Source of the DNA: Acidimicrobiaceae bacterium
GTDB taxonomy: Bacteria; Actinomycetota; Acidimicrobiia; Acidimicrobiales; RAAP-2
Reading direction: 5' to 3'
DNA length: 64,000 nucleotides
Assembly (NCBI GenBank): GCA_003158855.1
Contig: PMLJ01000012.1
Location: 1,516 to 65,515, forward strand
Shown: positions 41,002-48,717 of the stretch, one piece after another
Layout of the letters: the number at the start of each line of letters is the position of its first letter
Numbering within the stretch: the first letter of the stretch is position 1
Notes under the pieces: model-generated
The model's input: the letters and a program-made list of their open reading frames with translations, nothing else
What the model was told of the DNA's origin: nothing
The model's database searches: none
Position numbers and translations under genes: made by a program

Positions 41002-41898
41002 ATGCAAATTATGACCGACTCCGCGTACGACGAATTCGCCCTGTTCCACGAGAACATGAGCGAGTGGAACCTGCAGGGCCCGGTCCCGCCGGTTCGCCGT
41101 TTCTTCGTGGCCGTGGACGGGCTTCGCCAGTTGAGCGGACTGCAGTGGGGTGAGGGCGAACCCGAACTGGTCCTGGTGCACGGCGGCGCTCAGAACGCCC
41201 ACACCTTCGACACGGTCGCCCTGGCGCTGCGTCGTCCGCTCATCGCCATCGACCTTCCCGGACACGGACACTCGGACGGCTCCCCCTACGGCGGATCGCC
41301 GATCATGAGCCACGCCACTGACCTCATCGCCGCGCTCAAGCCTCTGCTGCACGGCCCGCGTCCGCTCGTGGGCATGTCGCTCGGGGGCCTCGTGTCGCTC
41401 GTCGTCGCCCACAAACGTCCCGACCTGGTGAGTTCACTGGTCCTGATCGACATCACGCCCGGGGTCAACGCCGACAAGGCCAGGCACATCACCGACTTCG
41501 TGAACGGACCGGCCTCGTTCGACGACCTCGACGCGCTGCTCGAACGGACCATCGAGCACAACCCCACCCGATCGGTGTCGTCGCTGCGTCGAGGCATCTT
41601 GCACAACGCCGTGCAGCGAAGCGACGGCACGTGGGTGTGGCGACACCAGCGGCACCCGAGGTCCGAGCTCGTCGCCCCAGACGTCGGCGACCTATGGGCC
41701 AAGCTCGAAGAGCTGAAGATGCCGGTCACGCTGCTGCGCGCAATGGCCGCGGGCTCGGTCGTCGATGACGAGGATGAGGCCGAGTTGCTGCGGCGCTGCC
41801 CCCACGCGCGGGTGGTCCACGTCGCCGGAGCCGGCCATTCGATCCAGGGCGACGCCCCTTTGGAGCTCGCGGCGCTCTTAAACCGCTTCTGCGTCTAG
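41002..41898 (+). CDS. Alpha/beta fold hydrolase
   Basis: HGG, DLPGHGHS, GMSLGG nucleophile elbow and AGHSIQGD motifs. Start 41002 or 41011. Confidence 0.9.
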   Translation: MQIMTDSAYDEFALFHENMSEWNLQGPVPPVRRFFVAVDGLRQLSGLQWGEGEPELVLVHGGAQNAHTFDTVALALRRPLIAIDLPGHGHSDGSPYGGSPIMSHATDLIAALKPLLHGPRPLVGMSLGGLVSLVVAHKRPDLVSSLVLIDITPGVNADKARHITDFVNGPASFDDLDALLERTIEHNPTRSVSSLRRGILHNAVQRSDGTWVWRHQRHPRSELVAPDVGDLWAKLEELKMPVTLLRAMAAGSVVDDEDEAELLRRCPHARVVHVAGAGHSIQGDAPLELAALLNRFCV

Positions 41899-41907
41899 AT
41901 ACCTGGG

Positions 41908-41980
41908 CTGGCGGGGGAGGGCTCGAACCTCCAACCTACGGATTCAAAGTCCGGCGTTCTGCCAATTGAACTACCCGCCA
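41908..41980 (-). tRNA. tRNA-Gln (anticodon TTG), CCA not encoded
   Basis: TGGCGGG/CCCGCCA acceptor stem, GTTC-AATTGGCA-GAAC D arm, CT-TTG-AA anticodon loop, GGAGG-TTCGAGC-CCTCC T arm; usual position upstream of glmU. Confidence 0.94.
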
Positions 41981-41998
41981 CTGCCTTTACTGCGACAA

Positions 41999-42015
41999 TC
42001 TTCAAAGATTCTTAG
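41999..42015 (+). promoter_or_regulatory. TCTTCA-N5-TCTTAG 11-bp-period direct repeat (OmpR/MprA-type box candidate)
   Basis: Upstream of the response regulator. A similar TCTT...TCTTAG occurs at 44142-44159 upstream of the apbE operon. Confidence 0.3.
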
Positions 42016-42086
42016 CGAATGACTTGAGAAGGTTAATACCAACCAGCAACACTAGAGCCTGTAACCCTTATAAAGAAAGCCGCGCC

Positions 42087-42788
42087 GTGACCACAGCTCC
42101 CAGCCTAAAGTCCTACATCGCCATCGTTGACGATGACGGGGCGATCCGGACCGCGCTCGGGCGGGCGCTTCGCATGGAGGACTACGAGGTCGAGCTCTTC
42201 GAGGACGGGATGAGCGCCCTCAAGTCCATTCAGTTGAGGGCCCCCGACGCCATCGTCCTCGACCTCCAACTCCCCGATATCGACGGGTTGGAGATCTGCC
42301 GTCGGATCCGGCGCGCCGGCGACTCGACGCCAATCCTGATGCTCACCGCCCGCGACGCCGTGAACGACCGCGTCGAAGGCCTCGACGTCGGAGCCGACGA
42401 CTACCTCGTGAAGCCCTTCGACCTCGCCGAGTTGCTGGCGCGGTTGCGGGCGCTGCTTCGGCGTCGAAGCGTCGGCGAAGGCGACGAGTTCGTGCTTCGC
42501 TTCGAGGACCTGACCCTCAATCCCCACACCCGCGAGGTTCACCGCGGAGCCCGGAGTATCGAGCTCACGAAGATCGAATTCGATCTGCTCGAGCTGTTCC
42601 TGCAGCACCCGCGCCAGGTGCTCACCCGTGACCAGATCCTCGACCTGGTCTGGGGCTACAACTTCGACTCGGGCACCAACTCCCTCGCCGTCTACATCGG
42701 CTACTTGCGACGCAAGCTCGAAGAGGGTGACGAGGCCCGCCTCATCCAGACCGTGCGCGGTGTTGGATACGCACTTCGCCAGTCGTGA
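42087..42788 (+). CDS. OmpR-family response regulator (MprA-like)
   Basis: IVDDD, VLDLQLP (phospho-Asp), LTAR, DDYLVKPF and winged-helix TVRGVGY motifs. GTG start at 42087. Confidence 0.96.
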   Translation: MTTAPSLKSYIAIVDDDGAIRTALGRALRMEDYEVELFEDGMSALKSIQLRAPDAIVLDLQLPDIDGLEICRRIRRAGDSTPILMLTARDAVNDRVEGLDVGADDYLVKPFDLAELLARLRALLRRRSVGEGDEFVLRFEDLTLNPHTREVHRGARSIELTKIEFDLLELFLQHPRQVLTRDQILDLVWGYNFDSGTNSLAVYIGYLRRKLEEGDEARLIQTVRGVGYALRQS

Positions 42789-44131
42789 CCTTTCGAAGCC
42801 GCGTCATCGCCGCCACCGTCGCGGCGGCTGCCCTCGCGGTCGTTCTGGCCTGCCTCGCCTCGTTTGTCAGCACGCGCAGCGCCCTCATGCACTCGGTGGA
42901 CGAGTCGCTCCTCCAGGCCTCCCACGGACCCATCAACGCCGACGGCGCTGACGATACCCACTACGGTTCCTTCACCGAACTGGTCCTCGCGAACGGGCAG
43001 ACCATCCCGACGTCGGGCGTCCCCATTGACGACACGATTCGCTCATACGCGAAGGGCAAGTCCGGCCAAGTGCTTCGCACCGTTGAAATCGGCAACCAGT
43101 GGTACCGCGAACTGATCGTGCCCCTGCCCGCCAAGTCGCTCGTCAGCTGTTCTTCCGGAATCTGCGAGATCAAGTCCACGTCCGCCCAGCTCTACGTCGT
43201 GAACGTGACGGGCCAGGTCAGCGAACTAAGGAAGCTCGTACGGACCTTGCTGCTCGTCGCGGCGGGAGGACTACTGCTGGCGCTCGCGCTCGGCGTGATC
43301 CTCGCCCGCGCGGCCCTTCATCCGCTCGAGGAGGTCACGGACGAGATTGAGACGATCACCGAGACCAGTGACATGCGTCGTCGGCTCGAAGAGGGCGACG
43401 CCGACGAGCTGGGTCGGCTGCGCCGGGTCTTCAACCGGCTCTTGAGCTCGGTCGAGAGCAGCCAGAACCTCCAACGCCAGCTGGTGCTCGACGCGAGCCA
43501 CGAGCTGCGCACCCCCCTCACGTCGCTGCGCACGAACGCGCAGGTGCTGTCGCGGGCCAACGAACTGGACCCCGATGACCTGCGCCAACTCACCAACGAC
43601 ATGGTGACCCAGGTCGACGAGCTGGCGGCACTCGTCACCGATCTGGGCGAGCTCGCGCGCGGCGAACGCAGCGAGGGCGCTATCGACGAGCTGCGGCTCG
43701 ACGAGTGCGTCGACGAGTGCGTCGACACCGCCAGAACGTACGCGCGGATCAAGGACATCTCGATCGACGCCACCGTCGAGCGCTCGACGGTGCTGGGCCG
43801 GCGCGACCGGCTCATCCGCGCGGTGAGCAACCTGCTCACGAACGCCGTGAAGTTCACCCCGGTCGGCGGCCAGATTCACGTCGCGTCCCACGGCGGCACC
43901 ATCAGCGTGAGCGACAGCGGACCGGGCATCAGCGACGAGGACCTGCCCTACGTCTTCAATCGGTTCTGGCGTTCGGCGTCGTCGCGCTCGCTGCCCGGGT
44001 CCGGATTGGGCCTCTCCATCGTGGCCCAGGTGGTCGCGGAGTTCCAGGGTACCGTCTCGGTCGATCGCGATCCCGTCCTCGGCGGCGCACGTTTCACGGT
44101 GACCCTGCCCACTCCCGCATTCGAAGAGTAA
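42785..44131 (+). CDS. HAMP-containing sensor histidine kinase (MprB-like)
   Basis: Two TM helices, HAMP, DASHELRTP, NAVKF, DSGPGI, GSGLGL; GTGA overlap with the regulator. Confidence 0.96.
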   Translation: MTFRSRVIAATVAAAALAVVLACLASFVSTRSALMHSVDESLLQASHGPINADGADDTHYGSFTELVLANGQTIPTSGVPIDDTIRSYAKGKSGQVLRTVEIGNQWYRELIVPLPAKSLVSCSSGICEIKSTSAQLYVVNVTGQVSELRKLVRTLLLVAAGGLLLALALGVILARAALHPLEEVTDEIETITETSDMRRRLEEGDADELGRLRRVFNRLLSSVESSQNLQRQLVLDASHELRTPLTSLRTNAQVLSRANELDPDDLRQLTNDMVTQVDELAALVTDLGELARGERSEGAIDELRLDECVDECVDTARTYARIKDISIDATVERSTVLGRRDRLIRAVSNLLTNAVKFTPVGGQIHVASHGGTISVSDSGPGISDEDLPYVFNRFWRSASSRSLPGSGLGLSIVAQVVAEFQGTVSVDRDPVLGGARFTVTLPTPAFEE

Positions 44132-44218
44132 CTACGACTCTTCTTGTCGATTTTCTTAGGCCGTAATTGCCGGCTCTTTAGGCGCACGTGCCAGACTCTT
44201 TCTTGAAAGCGAAACCCT

Positions 44219-44530
44219 ATGAGCCCCTCCATTCGAACCCCCCAGCAACGCGACCGCCGATTCGCGCGAGTACGCAATCTGACGATGTCCATCCTTCTGG
44301 GTTCCGGCGTCGCCTCGGCCTTGTTCGTTGGTTACGCCGCGACCACCGCCAAGCCGGTGTCCACCACGACCCCCAGTCCGACGACGTCAAGCACGACGAT
44401 GGCGACGACCACGACCCGCGGATCATCGCACAGCACCTCGTCAACGACGTACTCGCCGCCCACGACCGTGCCGGTCACGGTCACCACCGTCTGCACCACG
44501 ACCCCGTCGGGCACGACGGTTTGCCACTAG
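44219..44530 (+). CDS. Small membrane-anchored Thr/Ser-rich protein with C-terminal Cys pair
   Basis: Basic N-terminus, one hydrophobic helix, low-complexity Thr/Ser/Pro linker, ends VCTTTPSGTTVCH; first gene of the operon. Confidence 0.8.
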   Translation: MSPSIRTPQQRDRRFARVRNLTMSILLGSGVASALFVGYAATTAKPVSTTTPSPTTSSTTMATTTTRGSSHSTSSTTYSPPTTVPVTVTTVCTTTPSGTTVCH

Positions 44531-44537
44531 GTGCCAG

Positions 44538-45440
44538 ATGAACTTCAAGATATGGGGACTCACCGGTTCACTCAACACCGAGCGTGAGGACCAGTTGGCC
44601 TTCGCCGAGGAACGGCTCTGGCACTGGATCGACGCCGTCGACGCCGCGTGCAATCGGTTCCGACTCGACTCGGAGATCACCCGCTTGAATTCGCTCCACG
44701 ACGAGCCCGTCGCAGTGAGCGACACCTTCGCGCTCGCGCTCGACGCCGCGCTTCGCGCGTCGGCAGCCACCGGAGGCCTCTGCGATCCCACGGTGCTCGA
44801 CTCGCTCCTCGCGCTCGGCTACGACCGCGACTACGACGAGCTGGTGACGCAGGTGAACCCCGCCCCGCTCGCGACGAGGCCGTCGCCAGGCCCGCGCGCC
44901 ATCACCTTCGACCGCGTCGAGCAGACCGTGGCGCTCGCTCCGGGTTGCCGGCTGGACCTCGGAGCGAGCGCCAAGGCGCTGGTGGCGGACCTCGTCGCCG
45001 CGGACACCGCCGCGTTCGGAGGGGTCGTCGTCGAGTTGGGCGGCGACGTCGCCGTTCGAGGACGGGGTCCCACAGGACCCTGGGTGATCGGCGTCTCTGA
45101 TTCGCTCACGATCACCGGGGACGAACCCCGAGTCAGCTTCACCAACGGCGGGATCGCGACCTCGTCGTGCGTCACGCGCAGCTGGAACGCGGGCGGAACG
45201 ACCGTGAACCACATCATTGACCCGCGCACCGGCTCGTTCGCCAAAGGGACCTACGCGACCGCGACGGTGAGTGCATCGAGCTGCGTCGTCGCGAATGCCT
45301 TCGCGACCGCCGCCCTCCTGTGGGACGAGGAAGCCGCCTTCCACATCCCCCAGGCCGGCTGGTCCGGCCGGCTGGTGCGCCGCGACGGTAAGGTCGACTT
45401 CGTAGGTGGCTGGCCCTTGGAAGAAACGTTGAATCCATGA
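44538..45440 (+). CDS. apbE: FAD:protein FMN transferase (ApbE family), no signal peptide
   Basis: RFRLDSEITRLN, DPTV, DLGASAK, ELGGDV, ATSS, HIIDPRTG and ANAFATA motifs. Confidence 0.92.
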   Translation: MNFKIWGLTGSLNTEREDQLAFAEERLWHWIDAVDAACNRFRLDSEITRLNSLHDEPVAVSDTFALALDAALRASAATGGLCDPTVLDSLLALGYDRDYDELVTQVNPAPLATRPSPGPRAITFDRVEQTVALAPGCRLDLGASAKALVADLVAADTAAFGGVVVELGGDVAVRGRGPTGPWVIGVSDSLTITGDEPRVSFTNGGIATSSCVTRSWNAGGTTVNHIIDPRTGSFAKGTYATATVSASSCVVANAFATAALLWDEEAAFHIPQAGWSGRLVRRDGKVDFVGGWPLEETLNP

Positions 45441-46129
45441 TAGCACTCACGACGCCATACCTCTGGTACACGACGCGCGCGACCGGCATGGTCGCTCTCA
45501 TCCTCTTCACCCTCGTCGCCTCGCTCGGCACGCTGGTCGCCAACCGGATCGGCGGCACCATCGTCGGTCGCTTCGAGATCAACGAGCTCCACCGCTCGCT
45601 CTCGATGGTGGCGGTGACCTTCCTCGTGATCCACATACTCACGACCGTGCTGGACAGTTACGTGGCCACCGGATGGATATCGGCCTTCGTGCCCATGACG
45701 TCGGCCTACAAGCGACTGGCGGTGGGCATCGGCGCGGTCGCCTTCGACCTGATCCTGGCGGTATGGATCTCGAGCCTGCTCAAGCTGCGCATCGCGAACA
45801 CGACGTGGCGCTTCATCCACTGGTTCAGCTGGATGGGATTCGCGACCGCGCTGGTGCACGGCTACATGACCGGCACCGACAGCCGCTCCGGCTTCGGGCT
45901 CGTCGTGGTCGCCTCATGCGCCGCGGTCGTCGCCTGCGCCGCGTTGTGGCGTTTCTTCGGTCGACCGACCCGGGCGGCGGGGAGAACCGCTCTTTCGCCG
46001 CTCGCGACGACCAAGGCCGGGCCGCGCGCGACGCGCGCGACTCCCGTGCCGCCCCGGGCGGCCCCTCCCGCGTCGCGGCCGTTTCCGACCAGCCCCGCGC
46101 GGCCCGCGAAACAACGAGGCCCGCGGTGA
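45437..46129 (+). CDS. Ferric reductase-like/MsrQ-like di-heme cytochrome b membrane protein
   Basis: WYTTRATG, four His in TM helices (LHRSL, IHILT, WRFIHW, VHGY); ATGA overlap with apbE. Confidence 0.85.
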   Translation: MIALTTPYLWYTTRATGMVALILFTLVASLGTLVANRIGGTIVGRFEINELHRSLSMVAVTFLVIHILTTVLDSYVATGWISAFVPMTSAYKRLAVGIGAVAFDLILAVWISSLLKLRIANTTWRFIHWFSWMGFATALVHGYMTGTDSRSGFGLVVVASCAAVVACAALWRFFGRPTRAAGRTALSPLATTKAGPRATRATPVPPRAAPPASRPFPTSPARPAKQRGPR

Positions 46130-47403
46130 TTCGTCCAAACTCCCTCCCCCGTCTGATGCACGCGGCATCCGACCGTCCACTCACCTTGGCCCTGCACGAG
46201 GCGGCGTTCGCGTCGTCGACGTCGGTGACCTCCCTGCTGGACGAGCTCGAGGCGTCCGGTCTCACGGGACGCGGTGGCGCGGGATTCCCGACCGCGCTAA
46301 AGGCCCGCCTCATTCGCGAACAGCGGGGGCACAACAAATTCATGGTGGTGAACGCCATGGAGGGCGAGCCCGCCTCCCACAAGGATCAGACACTGCTGAG
46401 CGCGAACCCTCACCTCGTGCTCGACGGCGCGGAGTACCTCGCTTCCATGATCGGCGCCAACAACATCGCCGTCTGCGTCGCGCGCGACAACCCCTCGGTG
46501 GTCAATCACGTCGGGCGGGCGATCCACGAGCGCACGAGGCGAAGCTTGCGCGGTCCGAAGCTCGAACTTCACACTCCCCCGTGGCGCTACGTCGCCGGGG
46601 AAGAGTCCGCACTCGTGCACTGGCTGGACGACAACGAGTCGCTGCCCCAGTACCGACCCAACCGCCCTCACATCTTGAAGATCGGCCACGGCCCCGCACT
46701 CGTCGACAACGCCGAGACGTGCGCGAACGTTGGCCTCATCGGACGCTACGGCGCCCAGTGGTACCGCAGCCTCGGCACCGCCGCAACCCCGGGCAGCACC
46801 CTGGTGTCGGTGACGGGCGCGGTGGACCATCCGACGGTCGTCGAGGTCGAACTCGGGACACCGCTTCGCTCGATCCTGGCGACGGCCGGTGCGGACCTCG
46901 ACCCCCAGGCGGTGCTACTCGGGGGCTACGGAGGCAGTTGGCTCGGCGCGTCGCACCTCGACGTCGCCTACGACAACGAGTCGTTGAAGCCCGTCGGGGT
47001 CTCGACGGGCGCCGGGGTGATCGTGGTACTTCCCAGGAGCGCGTGCGGAATCGTCGAGACCCAGCGGATCGTTCACTGGATGGCGAACGAGAGCGCGCGC
47101 CAGTGCGGCCCGTGCGCCTTCGGGCTGCCCGCGCTCGCTGAGGACCTCTCGCACATCGCGCACCAGTCACGCGACCCCAAGGCCGCCCACGTCCGCCTGG
47201 TCGAGCGCTGCGCGGTCATCGAGGGCCGCGGGGCGTGCCGCCACCCCGACGGCGTCATTCGCTTGGTGCGCTCGGCGCTCGAGGTTTTCACCGACGACTT
47301 CTCGAACCACGTACGCGGGTCGTTCTGCAATGGAACGCGCGCGACGAGGCACTTCGCGACCGTTCCGTCGCTCGAGCGAGAGGAGGAGCTCGTATGGGAG
47401 TGA
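46126..47403 (+). CDS. Stand-alone NuoF-like FMN/NAD(P)H-binding Fe-S flavoprotein
   Basis: SGLTGRGGAGFPT, NAMEGEP, YVAGEESA, NAET, SLBB region, ESARQCGPC...GAC. No other nuo genes nearby. Confidence 0.88.
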   Translation: MIRPNSLPRLMHAASDRPLTLALHEAAFASSTSVTSLLDELEASGLTGRGGAGFPTALKARLIREQRGHNKFMVVNAMEGEPASHKDQTLLSANPHLVLDGAEYLASMIGANNIAVCVARDNPSVVNHVGRAIHERTRRSLRGPKLELHTPPWRYVAGEESALVHWLDDNESLPQYRPNRPHILKIGHGPALVDNAETCANVGLIGRYGAQWYRSLGTAATPGSTLVSVTGAVDHPTVVEVELGTPLRSILATAGADLDPQAVLLGGYGGSWLGASHLDVAYDNESLKPVGVSTGAGVIVVLPRSACGIVETQRIVHWMANESARQCGPCAFGLPALAEDLSHIAHQSRDPKAAHVRLVERCAVIEGRGACRHPDGVIRLVRSALEVFTDDFSNHVRGSFCNGTRATRHFATVPSLEREEELVWE

Positions 47404-47642
47404 GACGCCGTTCCGGATCATTCGTGCTGCGGGTGAACCCGATCCTCTGCGACGGGTTCGGGCACTGCGCCGAACTCGCGCCCGAACTCGTGCAGACCGA
47501 CGAATGGGGCTATCCCATCCTGAGGAGCGAGCCGGTGCCCCTCACCGACGCGGGCGCCTACGAATCCGCGCGCTACGCCGAGCGTGGATGTCCGCGCCAG
47601 GCGCTGCACATCCACCGGATCAGCGAGAAGAAGCCTCACTAA
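47394..47642 (+). CDS. Single-cluster [3Fe-4S]-type ferredoxin
   Basis: CDGFGHC....P...WGYP...CPRQAL; the middle Cys of CxxCxxC is replaced by Phe. GAGGAGG SD. Confidence 0.88.
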   Translation: MGVRRRSGSFVLRVNPILCDGFGHCAELAPELVQTDEWGYPILRSEPVPLTDAGAYESARYAERGCPRQALHIHRISEKKPH

Positions 47643-47852
47643 GCTCCATCCGGTTCGCGTCGGGATCGTCGTTCGCGCGGATCGTGGCGACTACGACTTG
47701 AAGGCACGACAAGCCCAGAAGTTCCAAGCAAGAAGCGTCGCACGACCCTTCTGATTCGGCGCGATTCGCCACCGGAACGCCGACGAGTTGACGGCCGTCC
47801 GTGATGGCGCTTTTCTTGGGACCACTCAAAACCTAGTAGTGTCATACGAGCC

Positions 47853-47954
47853 ATGGGATCACTAATTAAGAAGCGCCGTAAGCGCATGCGCAAGAAGAAG
47901 CACAAGAAGATGCTGAAGCGAACTCGCTTCCAGCGTCGCGCCGCCGGTAAATAG
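47853..47954 (+). CDS. 30S ribosomal protein bS22 (AURKAIP1/COX24 family), 33 aa
   Basis: Manual translation MGSLIKKRRKRMRKKKHKKMLKRTRFQRRAAGK matches the family signature; too short for the ORF track. Confidence 0.93.
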   Translation: MGSLIKKRRKRMRKKKHKKMLKRTRFQRRAAGK

Positions 47955-47967
47955 CTCTCCTGCGCGC

Positions 47968-48717
47968 CTAACGCGGCGTGGTAGTTGTCTGGCGAAACCG
48001 CACAGTGCCTTCGGGACCGGTCACGTCCCACTGAACGGCGCCGGAATCAAGCCTCCCCTCGAGGAACATCGTCGAACCCGATCCGCAGAGCTCCACGCCG
48101 CGCGAGTACTCGCCGCGCAGCCAATCAAGCGTGCGCGCCAGGCGCGGCTCGACTCTGCGGGCGGCCATTTCGAGATGGTTTCTTCCCATCGGGCGCGCTC
48201 CGTTCGCCACCAACTCGTCGTACGCCTCGTAGCAGCGTCGGGTTTCGACCGAGAAGCTGGGCATCATCAGAGTGACGTCGCGCTTCTCGAAGGAGAGAGG
48301 GGTCAGCTTCTCTCCGGCCCCCTCGACGAGCGCGCGCCCGCCCAGTTGACAGAACGGCACGTCGCCGCCGAGCGTCAGGGCCTCTTCGACGCTGACTCCC
48401 CCGGCCCAGCGAAGCACCGCGCCCGCGTCGGCGCTGCCCCCGCCGAGCCCGCCCCCGGGCGGGATCACCTTCTCGATCGTCACGCCCGCTCGTCGAGCGA
48501 CCAGGCGCAGCGCGCGCGCGACGAGGTTCGTCTCGTCGAGCGGAACGTCGGGGTTCTCTTCGCTGAGCCGCAGGTAGTCGCCGCCGGGCTCGAGCGTCAG
48601 CCGGTCGGCGAAATCGAGCGTCACCATCTCGCTTCGCAGCTCGTGGTACCCGTTGGCGCGAACGCCCGTGATCTCGAGGAACCACGTCAGCTTCGCGGGG
48701 GCCACCAGCTCGATCAT
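47968..48717 (-). CDS. ispE: 4-diphosphocytidyl-2-C-methyl-D-erythritol kinase
   Basis: APAKL, GYHEL, GGGLGGGSADA, GGDVPF and CGSGS motifs; follows rsmA. Confidence 0.93.
   Translation of the reverse strand: MIELVAPAKLTWFLEITGVRANGYHELRSEMVTLDFADRLTLEPGGDYLRLSEENPDVPLDETNLVARALRLVARRAGVTIEKVIPPGGGLGGGSADAGAVLRWAGGVSVEEALTLGGDVPFCQLGGRALVEGAGEKLTPLSFEKRDVTLMMPSFSVETRRCYEAYDELVANGARPMGRNHLEMAARRVEPRLARTLDWLRGEYSRGVELCGSGSTMFLEGRLDSGAVQWDVTGPEGTVRFRQTTTTPR

Noticed and set aside
44219-44290. Tat signal (DRRFA) in the small protein
   Set aside because: It fits the S-R-R-x-F-L-K consensus poorly and is more simply a positive-inside segment before a TM helix.
46126-47403. Complex I (nuo) or hydrogenase operon fragment
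   Set aside because: No NuoE/G or hydrogenase subunits are adjacent, and the gene is coupled to cytochrome b and ferredoxin genes instead.
40973-47852. Integrative element or genomic island at tRNA-Gln
   Set aside because: No integrase, no duplicated tRNA 3' end (att site) seen, and no obvious compositional shift. The redox operon is on the tRNA 5' side.
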